From contig CM082576.2 in the NCBI GenBank assembly GCA_040954595.2, positions 16,663,028 through 16,727,027 of the forward strand: 64,000 bases of DNA, in the 5' to 3' direction. Positions 22,359 through 33,956 of the stretch are shown here, in pieces. The notes below the pieces were generated by a model. That model saw only the letters and a program-made list of their open reading frames with translations, searched no databases and had not been told where the DNA came from. Both the position numbers and the translations under genes were made by a program. This DNA is from Balanoglossus misakiensis (lineage: Eukaryota > Animalia > Hemichordata). Numbering within the stretch: the first letter of the stretch is position 1; each line of letters starts with the position of its first letter.

Positions 22359-25300
22359 TCCAGAGAGATTGTACAGTGCAGTTCTTCAATACACATATGG
22401 TGAAGAAGAAAAACCGAATGGCGAAATCCAGATGAACAGTGCACACTTACATTTCAAACAAGGTTCTAGGTATTAAGAACAGTTTCATGTTCCAGTCCAT
22501 GTGCCGTACAAGTCATAAGCATCAGATCTAAGGCAAAAAAACTAGCAATTTTCAGGAGCCGTAATCACTAAGCTGCGATCAGTAAAACAGCGCCACCAAC
22601 TGTTACTTCTTTCGACTATAGGTGGCGCTATCACGTATGTTGTGACGACCAGGGCAATGTGAATGAGCAAAAATATGAATATAATGAGAAAGTGATATCT
22701 AGCACGAGCGAATCTTGATTGCTTTACTGACGAAGCTAGCGGGACGTTGAAAATGTGCACAAGTTGTTGTGTTCTGACAAATATTACAGCAACGCAGCCA
22801 GTGTATGCAATGCCATTGAGTATTTGGAGTGCGCAGTGGATGTCAGTTGGTGAACCCAAATATGCAAAACAGCTCAAATAACAACAGAACAGAAAGAAGA
22901 ACATGACATAGCTTAATTCACGATTGCAAGCTTTGATGATTGGTGTATCTCTGTGATAGAGAAACGCCCCTGTGCACAGGAGAGTGAGAGCAATTCCTGT
23001 GATGACGAGAACTTCCAAAACAATCCCCATAGGTTCAGTCCATTCTAAGTAGTCAACAGTCTTCTCGATGCAAATAGTCTTGTCTTCGTTTGGCCAGTAA
23101 CCAGTTGGACACGGAACGCATAATTCGGCACCTACACAGTTAAAGAACAGAACCATACCATTATAATGCTTATGAAATTGTCTTATTAATAAATGAACAA
23201 AGTCACTCGCTTTTGGCATCATATCTATTAGTGTATAATTATTCTTCTGTTAAAGTTTTTCAGACAAAACCATTTCTGTTGACCATAAATGATATACGTC
23301 TTCATGTGTTATTTCCGTGTATTACCTGTGATATTATTGATTTCCCCTTCTGCACACGGCACGCATTGAAAACAACAGAGTGGTCTGCCATCTTGATTTG
23401 CCTTCCGTGTTCCAAGAGGGCATGGGGCGGAGCAGACTGAAACTGGTACCTGTGATTTGAAAAAGGCTGCATCAGCGCTTATGAGTGGAATTATGGAAAG
23501 AGACTTTCCAGTGTGTTCTGAACCCCAGTATATAGCGATTTATTACAGACAAAATGTGATTATTGTTCTCTTGAGGGAAGATGTCCGAAAAGATCCCGGA
23601 CACTTACTTGTCCAAGTCAATGACATCAGGTATAATGATTACTTCAGTTTGAATATTCAGTTACTTATCATCAATGATGTACTGTGTTACCAATAATACT
23701 TTTTGCATTTGTCAAGCTTTACTACCAATTCGATCTAATAACATCCATACCTGATTGCTACCATTGTGCCACCGAATAGCAATGCCTGTTAACTGTAGTT
23801 TGTTTACTTCAGCCGAACCATCGAATAGACCAACAGTGACCAAGTCAATACCATCAGTCGTTGCATTTTGCCAGTTGTTAATTTCATATCGACCTTTGGC
23901 CCCTTCGTTGTTGTTTAAGTCGTAGTATTTCCCATCACTTCCCTTGAACTTGACCTCTTGGATATATTTCAATAGTTGCCATGGTTGCAGGTCTGTGACG
24001 TCAGGGCAAGTTCCATTTTCTAGGAGACCGTGTGGTTCCCTACATCTTATGATGTTATCAATGGCATGGCCAATAACGGAAACGGCTAGGTATACATTGT
24101 ACGACACCCTGTAATTGTCACTTTTGTAAGATCTTGTTTCGTTGAATCTGTGATCATCGGTGCATGTTGGGAGACTGTCCTCGGCCAATGGTACTGTCGT
24201 TAGCTCGGACGTTTGACCATTAGACGCACTTGGGGATCTGTAATCAACTGTCGCTGAGTTGTGTGACGTCGCGGGGTCTTCTTCACCCGTTACTTTTTCT
24301 GTCACAAGTTCACTGGTTGAATTGACGAAAACACCAAGTCCCTCATTTGCATAATCCATTTCCCGCTTTGCACCGCCAGTGTTATGCATCGGCATCGCAC
24401 ATCCAAATTCTTCCAGCCATAACTTCTCAAGGAATGGATTCCTGTGCTCGGCCTTGAATGGTGACAGATTTTTCAAATAATCACTGAAGCCTGGAATGTG
24501 ACCATAGGGCAAAACTACACCTATAGTCCCCTCCATGGGATAGTACACACCATCGGCAACATAAGTGTTATCGGACCATGTTTCAGTTGCTAACCATATG
24601 CGGTCTGTTAATAAGCAGATAAACTGAAGTTGAATATCATTGCTGATAAAATGTTATGTGGAGTCAGTGATAGAATTCGTCGACCCTATAAAATGTGAAG
24701 ACGCAGATGTCAGGTGGTGCTAGCTCAGTGAAGGGTCATCACCCACCCAAAACTGCGGAGACCCACACCAAATACAGTTTGCGGCTTATTACACTAATGC
24801 AATTTGCTTTGGGGACTGCACTAATTCTATAAAACGACAAAAGCGGCCTAGAGTCTGCTTATCGCTAACTCCTCTGATAACAAACGACTTTTGGCCGGTT
24901 TCCAATGGTACATACGAAAGGTTTAATTGCACTAGCACTGCTTTGAATACATCAGCGTTGTCCCGCAGCAATGCTGGGCAGTGACTACTCAACGACCTCA
25001 CACGAAGGAACTGCGGTGTGGTCTTCATAAATTCACCTCAGTTTAGCCAAGGTGACCAAATGGAAGTTATACCTGTAATGCCTTGACGCGAAGCTTCCTT
25101 AAGGAACGCTGTTGCTTCCTCTGGTGCAAGGAACGTGGCTACAACCTTAATGGACGTGTCTTCCCGGAGCATGTTGATTACTTCCCTGACTTTAGCTTCA
25201 TTATTATTCACCGGGATGAGTTCTCTAAAAGCCACACAGACGCCGCGTTCTACGACCCCATCGACGACTTCTTGTATTCCCGGGCGACCGTAGACATCGT

Positions 25301-25903
25301 CTGAGCCAACCGCAGCTATCCACTCCCAACCAAAATGAGAAATCAGTTCCACCATGGCTAGCGACTGGGTCACATCACTTGGAATTGTTCGCAGAAAGGA
25401 CCTGTACTGCATTGTGTCGCTCAGTAGGGGACTGCTCGCGGAATAGCTAATCATAGGTATGTTGTATATACAAAGCATAACACTCACTGCCATAGAAACC
25501 GATGATCGTGCCGCCCCAATTACCGCTTTCACGGACTCGCCTCCAGTTGCAGGTTGGATGAGTTCCATGACCTCTTCAGCCGCTGGCGACACCGAATCAC
25601 AGCTATCCCGAATGTCGTATCCCAGGGTGAGACCAGGCACAAAATTGGCATCGTTGTTGATTTCTTCCACAGCGAACTTCATGGCTTCCGCAAAGCGATA
25701 ACTGCGTGGGTCGAACCGGGAACACACATCTCTGATCGGACCGGATTCAAGACTTCCGTCGTGTCGGTGCAGTTGCATATGAAATGGGAATATTCCTCCA
25801 ATGACAATGTCTCCATGTTTGTAGATACGTTTGTGTTTTGTCGTCGTCGCTTTGCTTTCTTGTAGAAAGAAAACACCGGCAAGTGTGATCACTAACACGT
25901 GTC

Positions 25904-26423
25904 TAAGACACATGAAATTGGTCATCTTGGTACTTCAACAGCCAATTTTGTGTTTAAAAAACTCAGTGATGTGCTCACCATAAGTCTGTGCCAAACACTG
26001 TTGTCGGTAATGTTTACTAATGGATATTAGTGAAAATATTCAAATATCAATAATTTGCAGGTAATGTAATATTTATAAACCAATCAATATTTATAACCGA
26101 AGGTTATAGTAATGTGTTCTCCTTGCTAGGGACACTTGCTGGTAAAATGCGAAAAGTAAGACACATGAAATTGGTCATCTTGGTACTTCAACAGCCAATT
26201 TTGTTTTTTTAAAACTCAGTGATGTGCTCACCAGATGTCTGTGCCAAACGCTCTGTTATCGGTGATGTTTATGAATATTAGTGAAAATATTTCACTAATT
26301 TCACTAAAATATATCAATAACTTGCGGGTAATGTAATTTTTATAAACCAATCACTATTTATAACCCAAGGTTATGGTAATGTGTTCTCCTTGCTAAGGAC
26401 ACTTGCTGGTAAAATGCGAAAAG
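25904..26423. repeat. ~255-bp tandem duplication covering the start codon and upstream region of GPCR copy B
   Basis: 25904-26156 is repeated at 26157-26423; the duplication is absent from copies A and C. Confidence 0.85.
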
Positions 26424-27009
26424 GCTTCATTTGTTGCATAATGTGTGACCAGTGAATGGATATATAGACGCTGGTAAGAAATAAGCGTAGTAGACTGAGC
26501 TTTTGGTAAATTCAAGTAGCTTTCCAGATAGCTTGTTTCATTTGTTTGAGTCTGTGAGATGTTGCTACAGTTTAATATCGTTATCAACTAACGATAATTA
26601 ACAAGTCGGTATTTCCGTATTTTAGCAATTGTTTTAAGACTCTCCATTTCAAGGCGGCCATGGGAACGAATCTTGATAACATAATACGGCCCTCGCACCA
26701 CGAAACGCCGAATCGGGCCTTCGGCCCTTGCACGAAACGCCGAATCGATACACATTAGGCGCGAGGGACTGTCGACAGTCTAGGTGGCAGTAGTGGTTGA
26801 AATTGGTAGAAATGTTCCCATTTCGTTTGCATTTTAGTTCACACACGTGAGTTAATGTCATACCGATTTCTGTCTGTGTGTCCCTGTGTGTCACTTTTAC
26901 ATTTCAACTTGTTACCTAATCTCGCGGGTTATTTTCTTTCAAGGGAATAAAAGAGTTGAATTCGAACCAGTGTATAGGTTCTTTTATCAGATATTCACTG
27001 GAAGTAGGC

Positions 27010-27120
27010 TTTTCCTGGGTTCCGTTCAAACCAGTTACTACTTCTTTTTCTGATGCCGTTTGTCTCGTGTAAATCCCTCGCTTTGGTGAAGCGAACATCT
27101 ACTGCAATTTCTCTATTGCA
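27010..27120 (+). pseudogene. last-exon remnant of a paralog of the secreted protein
   Basis: FSWVPFKPVTTSFSDAVCLV*IPRFGEANIYCNFS aligns to exon 29061-29207; TAA at 27070-27072. Confidence 0.75.
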
Positions 27121-27803
27121 TACTTTTGCCGAAAACTTGGATGCATGAAAGTAAACCTAATTTCTGTTTCTCAATCAACTTTAAAGTTGCCGATGTAAAG
27201 AAGCTGAAGGCCTATCACGTTTGTGATATCACAAATGTACTAGAAAATCACAATAAAACAAAAAAGTTATTTATTGGCAAATATTTTGTTTGCAATAGCT
27301 CCTTTCTACTTTCCCATGATGGGTCTACAATAGACATCAAATATTTACAGAATTTTATTTCAGAGATTGGCGATAGAAGACCAATAGGACCTTATGACAG
27401 CTAACTGTATACTTTGCATGAGCATGCGCTGTGAAATATCAATGGTGTAAAATGGATCGGATACGTAATATAGGCCTACATGTAGTTTCTAAACTACAAT
27501 TTACAATTACGCTTGAATTGCCAAATTGTTCTCCAACATTTAGGCCGAGTCAAACAAAAACCCGACACAATTGGAACTATTTTGGGATAATTGCGTACCG
27601 CTAAAATGTGTACAAAACTATTAATTATGTTGTACTTTTGGAGAATGTGCTATTATCCCAAAATAGTTCCAATCGTGTTCCATATAATTTTAGAAAAATG
27701 ACCCCTCCAAGCACCACAGGAGTAAATTTACAAAGAGCTGCGCATGTTAGCAGCTCTTACAGATGTTTAAATACTCTACATGTATATCGCAGTCGTTCCT
27801 GAG

Positions 27804-29207
27804 ATGAACATTATGGTAAGTGCAAATTTTCACCTGAAACACAATGCATGTTTCTTGTCAAATCAAATTGTGCCTAACTAGGTTGTTATGTATGACTTTA
27901 TGACAACTGTCATCTTCAGCATGATGCTTTTTGTCGTTTGTGGATGGGAATTATTAATGGATATGGGATAATCGACTTAAATTAAAATACCATGGATTAC
28001 AGGAAATTTGGGTGAACGTTTCTTGTATTGCTGTATATCGATATTAAATCACGTGGAATACCAATCTTTAAGAGTAAGAACCTGATATTTAATACGAAAT
28101 TGTCAAAGGAGACGAAATGCGTACGCATGACACCCACATTCCAATATGGCGGACACGAATGTAAAGTTGACGGCTGTATTCTATCTAGACACTTCCACGA
28201 TTGCTAGTCGCGGCGATAGCTGTGTTACTGTCGATGCATTCCAGTAGCGCCCTGCTGAAAAGAGGACTTGGCGTCAATGATGATCTCCCGTGTGATCAAT
28301 GCAAGATTGACTATAACGGAGATGACGGAGTGTATTATATAGACTGTGATAAATCAACCCAGTGTTCATCGGAGATGGTGGCCAAAGTGAATGACGCTAA
28401 GAACGGGCTCGTACAGGAAACAAATCGGACCTCGGCTTCGGTCGCTTTCGATTTCAAGGGTGACACTCGCCATTTGGCCGTTATTTTATTAGCTGGCCAG
28501 CACTTCTCTGGAGACATCGATCTGGTAAGTCTGTCAGCTTTGAATCAGCCAAAACTGATGATCAAACAGTCTGGAATTCATCTATACATACTGTGCACAT
28601 TATGGAAGACAGTTCTGTACCAAAATATCACCAATGTCCATGTCTCAGCACATATTCATATTAAAAGTGGCGTTTCTGCCTAAATCATGTACACAGTTTT
28701 GTAGAAAAAACGGCATTCTCGGTATAAGAGCCAAATTTGTAATAAAGATAATCTCACGGTTCATTCTATTGAATATAGGGTCCTGGGGACGGCAATGCGT
28801 TGATTTCCAGCTGTCAACATTGCAATGGGATAGAGTACGCAAACGGAATTGGTCTTTGGCACTGTAAGGTATGTACATTTGGGACCATGTGTGGCTTCTA
28901 ATGTTTTTTTTATTTGTTTGGACCGTTGGCCGAAACATATAGACAAGAGGTGGTATCGGGCGACTCGGAAGCAACACAATATTGGCATGGCCTGTGTCTA
29001 CATAATCATTACATAATGTTCCTGGAGAGTGGCAATTGTCTTGTTTTGTTTTATTTTCAGGAATCAGAATGTCACGACGCATTCTCGGGTCCCTTCTCCT
29101 GGGTTCCATTCAAACCGAATACCACTTCCATTCCTAGTGACGGCTGTCTCCAGGATATCCCACGCTTTGGTGAAGTCTACTTCTACTGCAGTTTCGCAAA
29201 GGCCTAA
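27804..29207 (+). CDS. uncharacterised secreted protein, 164 aa, 7 Cys
   Basis: Exons 27804-27815 (MNIM|gtaagt), 28189-28524 (ctag|TLPRLLVAAIAVLLSMHSSSA..DIDL|gtaagt) and 29061-29207 (ttttcag|ESECH..YCSFAKA*), all phase 0. Splice sites and exons are conserved in the flanking paralog remnants. Confidence 0.75.
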
Positions 29208-30573
29208 GTTTGACCCCAAAAAGGAGGCATGAAAATTATCACAATTTCTGTCAGCCAATCGTCTTCAAGGGTGCTTATTTGAACAAACTGTACCAGGTTT
29301 CACTAAAAAGTACTAGAAAACCCCAATAAAGCCAAAGAAGAAGTTATCTCTCGGCAAATATTTTGTGTGCAATGTTTTCTTTGTACTTTCCCATGATGTC
29401 ACTGCCACAGACATCGAATATTTACAGAATTCTATTGCAGAGATGGGAAATAGAACACCAATATCCGAGAAAGTGAGCGAGATAAAAAAAAAAGTGTAAA
29501 CAATCATTGTGCGGTCACTTGGGCAGCACGTGAGACGTTTCGTCATCAACCATGGTAACTGTAAGAAGCCTAGGGTAACGAAGACACGCTCACATAGTTA
29601 GGGTTTGTCAATTTGCGACAACAATGCGAAAAAATGTATTCATATTTTGTGAATTACCCATAAAAATAACATTTTCAAATCGTCATTCGCAAACGGCAAG
29701 CTCAGACCTATAATGGAAATGTACATCTTCAGAAGAGAATTCCTCAAAAAACCTCATTCTGGCCGATGCTTTTAAACTTTGAACTCATTTTTCTAGCTGT
29801 CCACCACTCTATGTTCCAGTATATAGCCTATCGTTGTTGTATAGATGTGCACTTATACAGTATTATAACTTTTCTCGTGGTTATTGGTGATGACCCACCA
29901 CCCACATTGGTAGCTTGCTTTACACATTGACGATTACGCGATCTATCATAAACAAAGCAAGCATATTTTAAAATTTGTTTAGTTATTTTGATGAAATGCA
30001 GGCATGTAAATTGTCATGCGCTCCTTTGGTTTCAAGAATCACAGAATAATTAAACTGTACTAATATTCGCAGGAATGTATATGAAAATCATCATAAACCA
30101 TGTAGTTTTGCCCAGGCAACATATGTTTCAACTTTATTATTTATACTGTTTGATTTTCTCTTTTAGTGATGCAGTAATTACTTTTTCGCGAATAATCGAA
30201 CACCAAAATTATTTTCCTGAAATACATTCCAATTGTGTTTGCCGCGTTCATACAGACCAACCAGTATTTACAAACTTTTTTGTACAAAAACGCGTGAATT
30301 GATAAATTGCTGGGTCAACCAAAAGGCTTAACCCACAATTATAGTACAACTGACCCGTCCACGTGACGCTTTGGCAAATTTATAAAGAGCTGCATATGCG
30401 AGTCGCTCCAACATATTATGACTCTACCACGACCTCACGGAAAGAGTTTGTGTAAAAATAATTTGGTTGTACCTGATTAAAATATGTTTTACTTTTATAA
30501 TAATAAGGTTCCGACGCACGTTGTTTCAAGAAAGCGAGGCTTATAGTGTACAGTCGTTCCCGATCTGAACAAT

Positions 30574-30960
30574 ATGGTGAGTGTATACATGTATTTTCAA
30601 CAGACATATAATACATATTTATCTTCAGACCAAACAAGTTGTTATGGTTTACTTCACGATGACGTCATCTTCAATGTGATACGTGTGTGGATGGGGATGT
30701 TTGTGGTTAGAGCTATAATGGACATAAATAATCATCTGGACTGCAGAAATATCGATAGAATGTTTTTTTTCGCTTTCTGTCCAGCATAAAATACATGCAA
30801 TACCAATCTTTGAGTCTGATATTTAATACGAAACTGTCAAAAGGAGAAGTGAATACGCCTAATAAACTGTTCCCAACATTGGTGAGATGAATGTAAAGAC
30901 GTGTGTTTTCTATCTAGAGTCTTCCACGGTTGCTAGTCGCAGCAATAGCTGTGTTTCTGG
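30574..30960 (+). pseudogene. 5' remnant (exon 1 and start of exon 2) of a third paralog of the secreted protein
   Basis: ATG|gtgagt at 30574; ctag|SLPRLLVAAIAVFL from 30918; similarity stops near 30960. Confidence 0.7.
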
Positions 30961-31589
30961 TCCACGACTTTTGCCCTTTTCATATACAGTGTACGAGGCC
31001 TCCTCCCGGATCGGTCACCCTCAAACTCTTCCACACCAGTGCAGAATTCTCCGGCGCTGTTGCTCCCTTTATCTCTTTCCCCTTCTTAGACTTCTTGAAC
31101 GGCCTCTTGGGATGCATTCTTCTTCTGTGCAATAGGAGATCCTCTTTCCTAACAAAGCCCAACCGGTTGCACTGATGGCAGTGGTAGATGTGGCGGTTTG
31201 CATGCAACAAGCGTACATGTAGGCTATGTGGCTTCTGTAAGCTGAGCTGGTACAGAAATATCGCTGGCACACAGCACATCCGTAGATGGTTGTCTTTTTC
31301 TTCATGGGGGGAGAAACAACTACCAGGAAGCGGTGTCTGCTCTGCTTGGGAGGACAACTAGACTCTCTCACATCCCCTCTCGTCGTCCATGCAGGCCTAT
31401 GGACTAATTGCGTGTGTGCCTAGCGAGAGGTTCGCTACACAACACCACACGGTGCTTCTCCCTTGCCAAACGGTTGAGGGCGCGTCAGTGAAGAGCCTTG
31501 TTGTAGAGAACCGTGGGATGTGAGGGAGTCTAGAGGACAACTTGCATGTGTTGTCAGGCAATGTCAGGAATGGTTTATGTTATTTAAAG

Positions 31590-31770
31590 CACAGGGGGCT
31601 CTCCCTCCGCGATTTTATTTTTTGTTTGTTTGCTTTTTGTTATTGATTGGCATAATAAATAAATATAGTCACGTCTGTTTGTTGACATGTTAGGTATATT
31701 CAACGGTTCGGGTTAGGGTGTATTAAACGGTCAGACTAAGCGTTGGCATTCTTTCGATCCACGGCACTCC
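31590..31770. repeat. dispersed repeat, also present at 40476-40825
   Basis: Shared CACAGGGGGCTCTCCCTCCGCGATTTTATT..GGGTTAGGGTGTATTAAA..GTTGGCATT. Confidence 0.75.
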
Positions 31771-33024
31771 CAAGCCACAAGAAGAAGAGACAAGGGTGGC
31801 AACTAGCCCGTTTCCGGGTCTCCAGCACCGTATTTTCAAGTCCAGAATAACACAACAAATAAATTGCAAAAAACTAAAAAGGTGCGTGTAGGTTTGAAAC
31901 CTACACACGCTTGTAGATATCGGCCACAGTACAAGTTAAGTTGTGCAACCTCCTCTGCCGCAGCAGGATGCTCTGCAGATCCGTTCTCAGTCTGTCGCGC
32001 AACAACTTGTCGTGGTATTCCTTCTCCTTGCAGCTGTGAGTTGCCGTGTAAATCTTTCCTTCATTCTGAGTACGTGTGGTGGGTCCGAGTCATAAGCTTC
32101 CATGGCATTGCGTCAGTTCCATAGAGTCCATTCAAATGAATATACGCACCTGTATGGACATATTGGGTTTACACGACCAAACCATGTCACTACTGAACAT
32201 TTTTGACACGACAGCGAACACCTGCCGCTTTTCTCAGTCAAAGCTCACGGAGGCGCTTTACACGAAAACTGACATCGATTTTGGACTTCAGCAGTCGGAG
32301 TGAAGCCTACTTGCAGTGAATATCTGATAAAAGAACCTACACTGGATCGAATTCGGCTCTTTTATCCCCTTGAAAGAAAATAACCTGCGAGATTAGGTAA
32401 CACGTTGAAATGTAAAAATGTAAAAGGGACACACAGACAGATATCGGTATGACATTAGCTCACGTGTGAGAACTAAAATGCAAACGAAATGGGAACATTT
32501 CTACCAATTTCTACCACTACTGCCACCCTGTATTCAAGGACGTATGCGCAAATAAAACTCACCTTTGTAACTAATTGCCATTCTTGGACTTGGTAAGTTT
32601 ATGTAATTCTCCAGGGTCCACTGTCGACGTTCCTTGTCATTAGATTAATCAAGGTTAATTTTCATAATTGCAAGCTTCAGTAATTATTATGTTATCAAGA
32701 TTCGTTCCCTAACTATAGCCCCCTTGAAATGGAGAGTCTTAAAACAATTGCTAAACACGGAAATACCGACTTGTTAATTATCGTTAGTTGATAACGATAA
32801 CTGTGGCAACATCTTACAGACTCAAACAAATGAAACAAGCTATCTGGAAAGCAACTTCAATTTACCAAAAGCTCAGTCTACTACGCTTATTTCTTACCAG
32901 CGTCTATATATCCATTCACTGGTTACACATTATGCAACAAATGAAGCCTTTTCGCATTTTACCAGCAAGTGTCAAAAGCAAGGAGAACACATTACCATAA
33001 CCTTGGGTTATAAATAGTGATTGG

Positions 33025-33828
33025 TTAAGATGGGTCCCTAGGATCTTTTTGCTCGTTGCTATGGGCCTTTATAGGACACTACACTCAATTTTGATCGAAA
33101 CCGTTATGAACGTCCGACAAGGGGCTTGTAACTAGTTAAAAATACACACGATTGTGTGCACACCCCCTGTCTGAGTATGTTTACGGCAGCTACCGCCCGG
33201 CCATAGGCCGCCACGCTAATACGGCAAAGCAGCGGTCAGCGATAGCGTGCGCGTCCTGTAACCACAGTAACTGGATCGAACGCTAAAAATCCAATGTTTT
33301 GTACACAGAGATTTTGTACCGTTCACGAAAATCCCTAAGGCTTTTTTCACAGGCGACGTAGGCCAGCCAAATTTGACCTGCTTGTTGAGAACGCACTTCC
33401 GCATAGTGTGACGGATCGTTTTTTCGGCTTTCGTCGTGCTAAGAAGCGATACCAGTGGAAGAGTGCGTCCAAAAACACCCAAAATCGATGACTTTTTCAG
33501 GTGTGGTACGGGTATGCTGAAATCGTAGGATACAACGATAATATTCGAAAACAAAATCCGTCACGATCTTCCCTGGTTCAAGCAACTAATGAATACGTAT
33601 CAAGTTCGTTTTTGAGGTCACGGAATAAAAAGCCTTAGGCTTTTGAAATTTGACCTAACTAATTTGCATATCAATGGCGTCAGGGGGCGCGCGCTCACAA
33701 TCGTGCGTATTTTTAACTAGTTACCAGCCCCTTGTTAGACTCTGAAAACGGCTTAGTCCAAATCGGGGTGTAATGTCCTATAAAGGCCCATAGCAACGGG
33801 CAAAAAGATCCTAGGGACCCATCTTAAC
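33025..33828. mobile_element. MITE with long terminal inverted repeats upstream of GPCR copy C
   Basis: TIR TTAAGATGGGTCCCTAGGATCTTTTTGC.. / ..GCAAAAAGATCCTAGGGACCCATCTTAA; absent at the paralogous sites in A and B. Confidence 0.88.
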
Positions 33829-33956
33829 TTTATAAATATTACATTACCCGCAAATTTTCACTATGTAAACATTACCGACAACAGTGTTTGGCACAGACTT
33901 ATGGTGAGCACATCACTGAGTTTTTTAAACACAAAATTGGCTGTTGAAGTACCAAG

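Larger units (their letters stand above)
17216..22601 (-). mobile_element. full-length CR1-group LINE (L2/Crack/CR1 type)
   Basis: 5'UTR, ORF1, APE-RT ORF2, short 3'UTR ending ACCCTCTTTAAATAAAGCA(TAA)n. Confidence 0.93.
15114..25925 (-). pseudogene. class C GPCR copy B, disrupted in the 7TM exon by a LINE insertion
   Basis: Exons 25925-25073, 24604-23751, 23449-23326; exon 4 split into 23131-22602 and 15692-15114 (sum 1109 nt, as in copies A and C). GTTA is duplicated at the insertion site. Confidence 0.9.
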
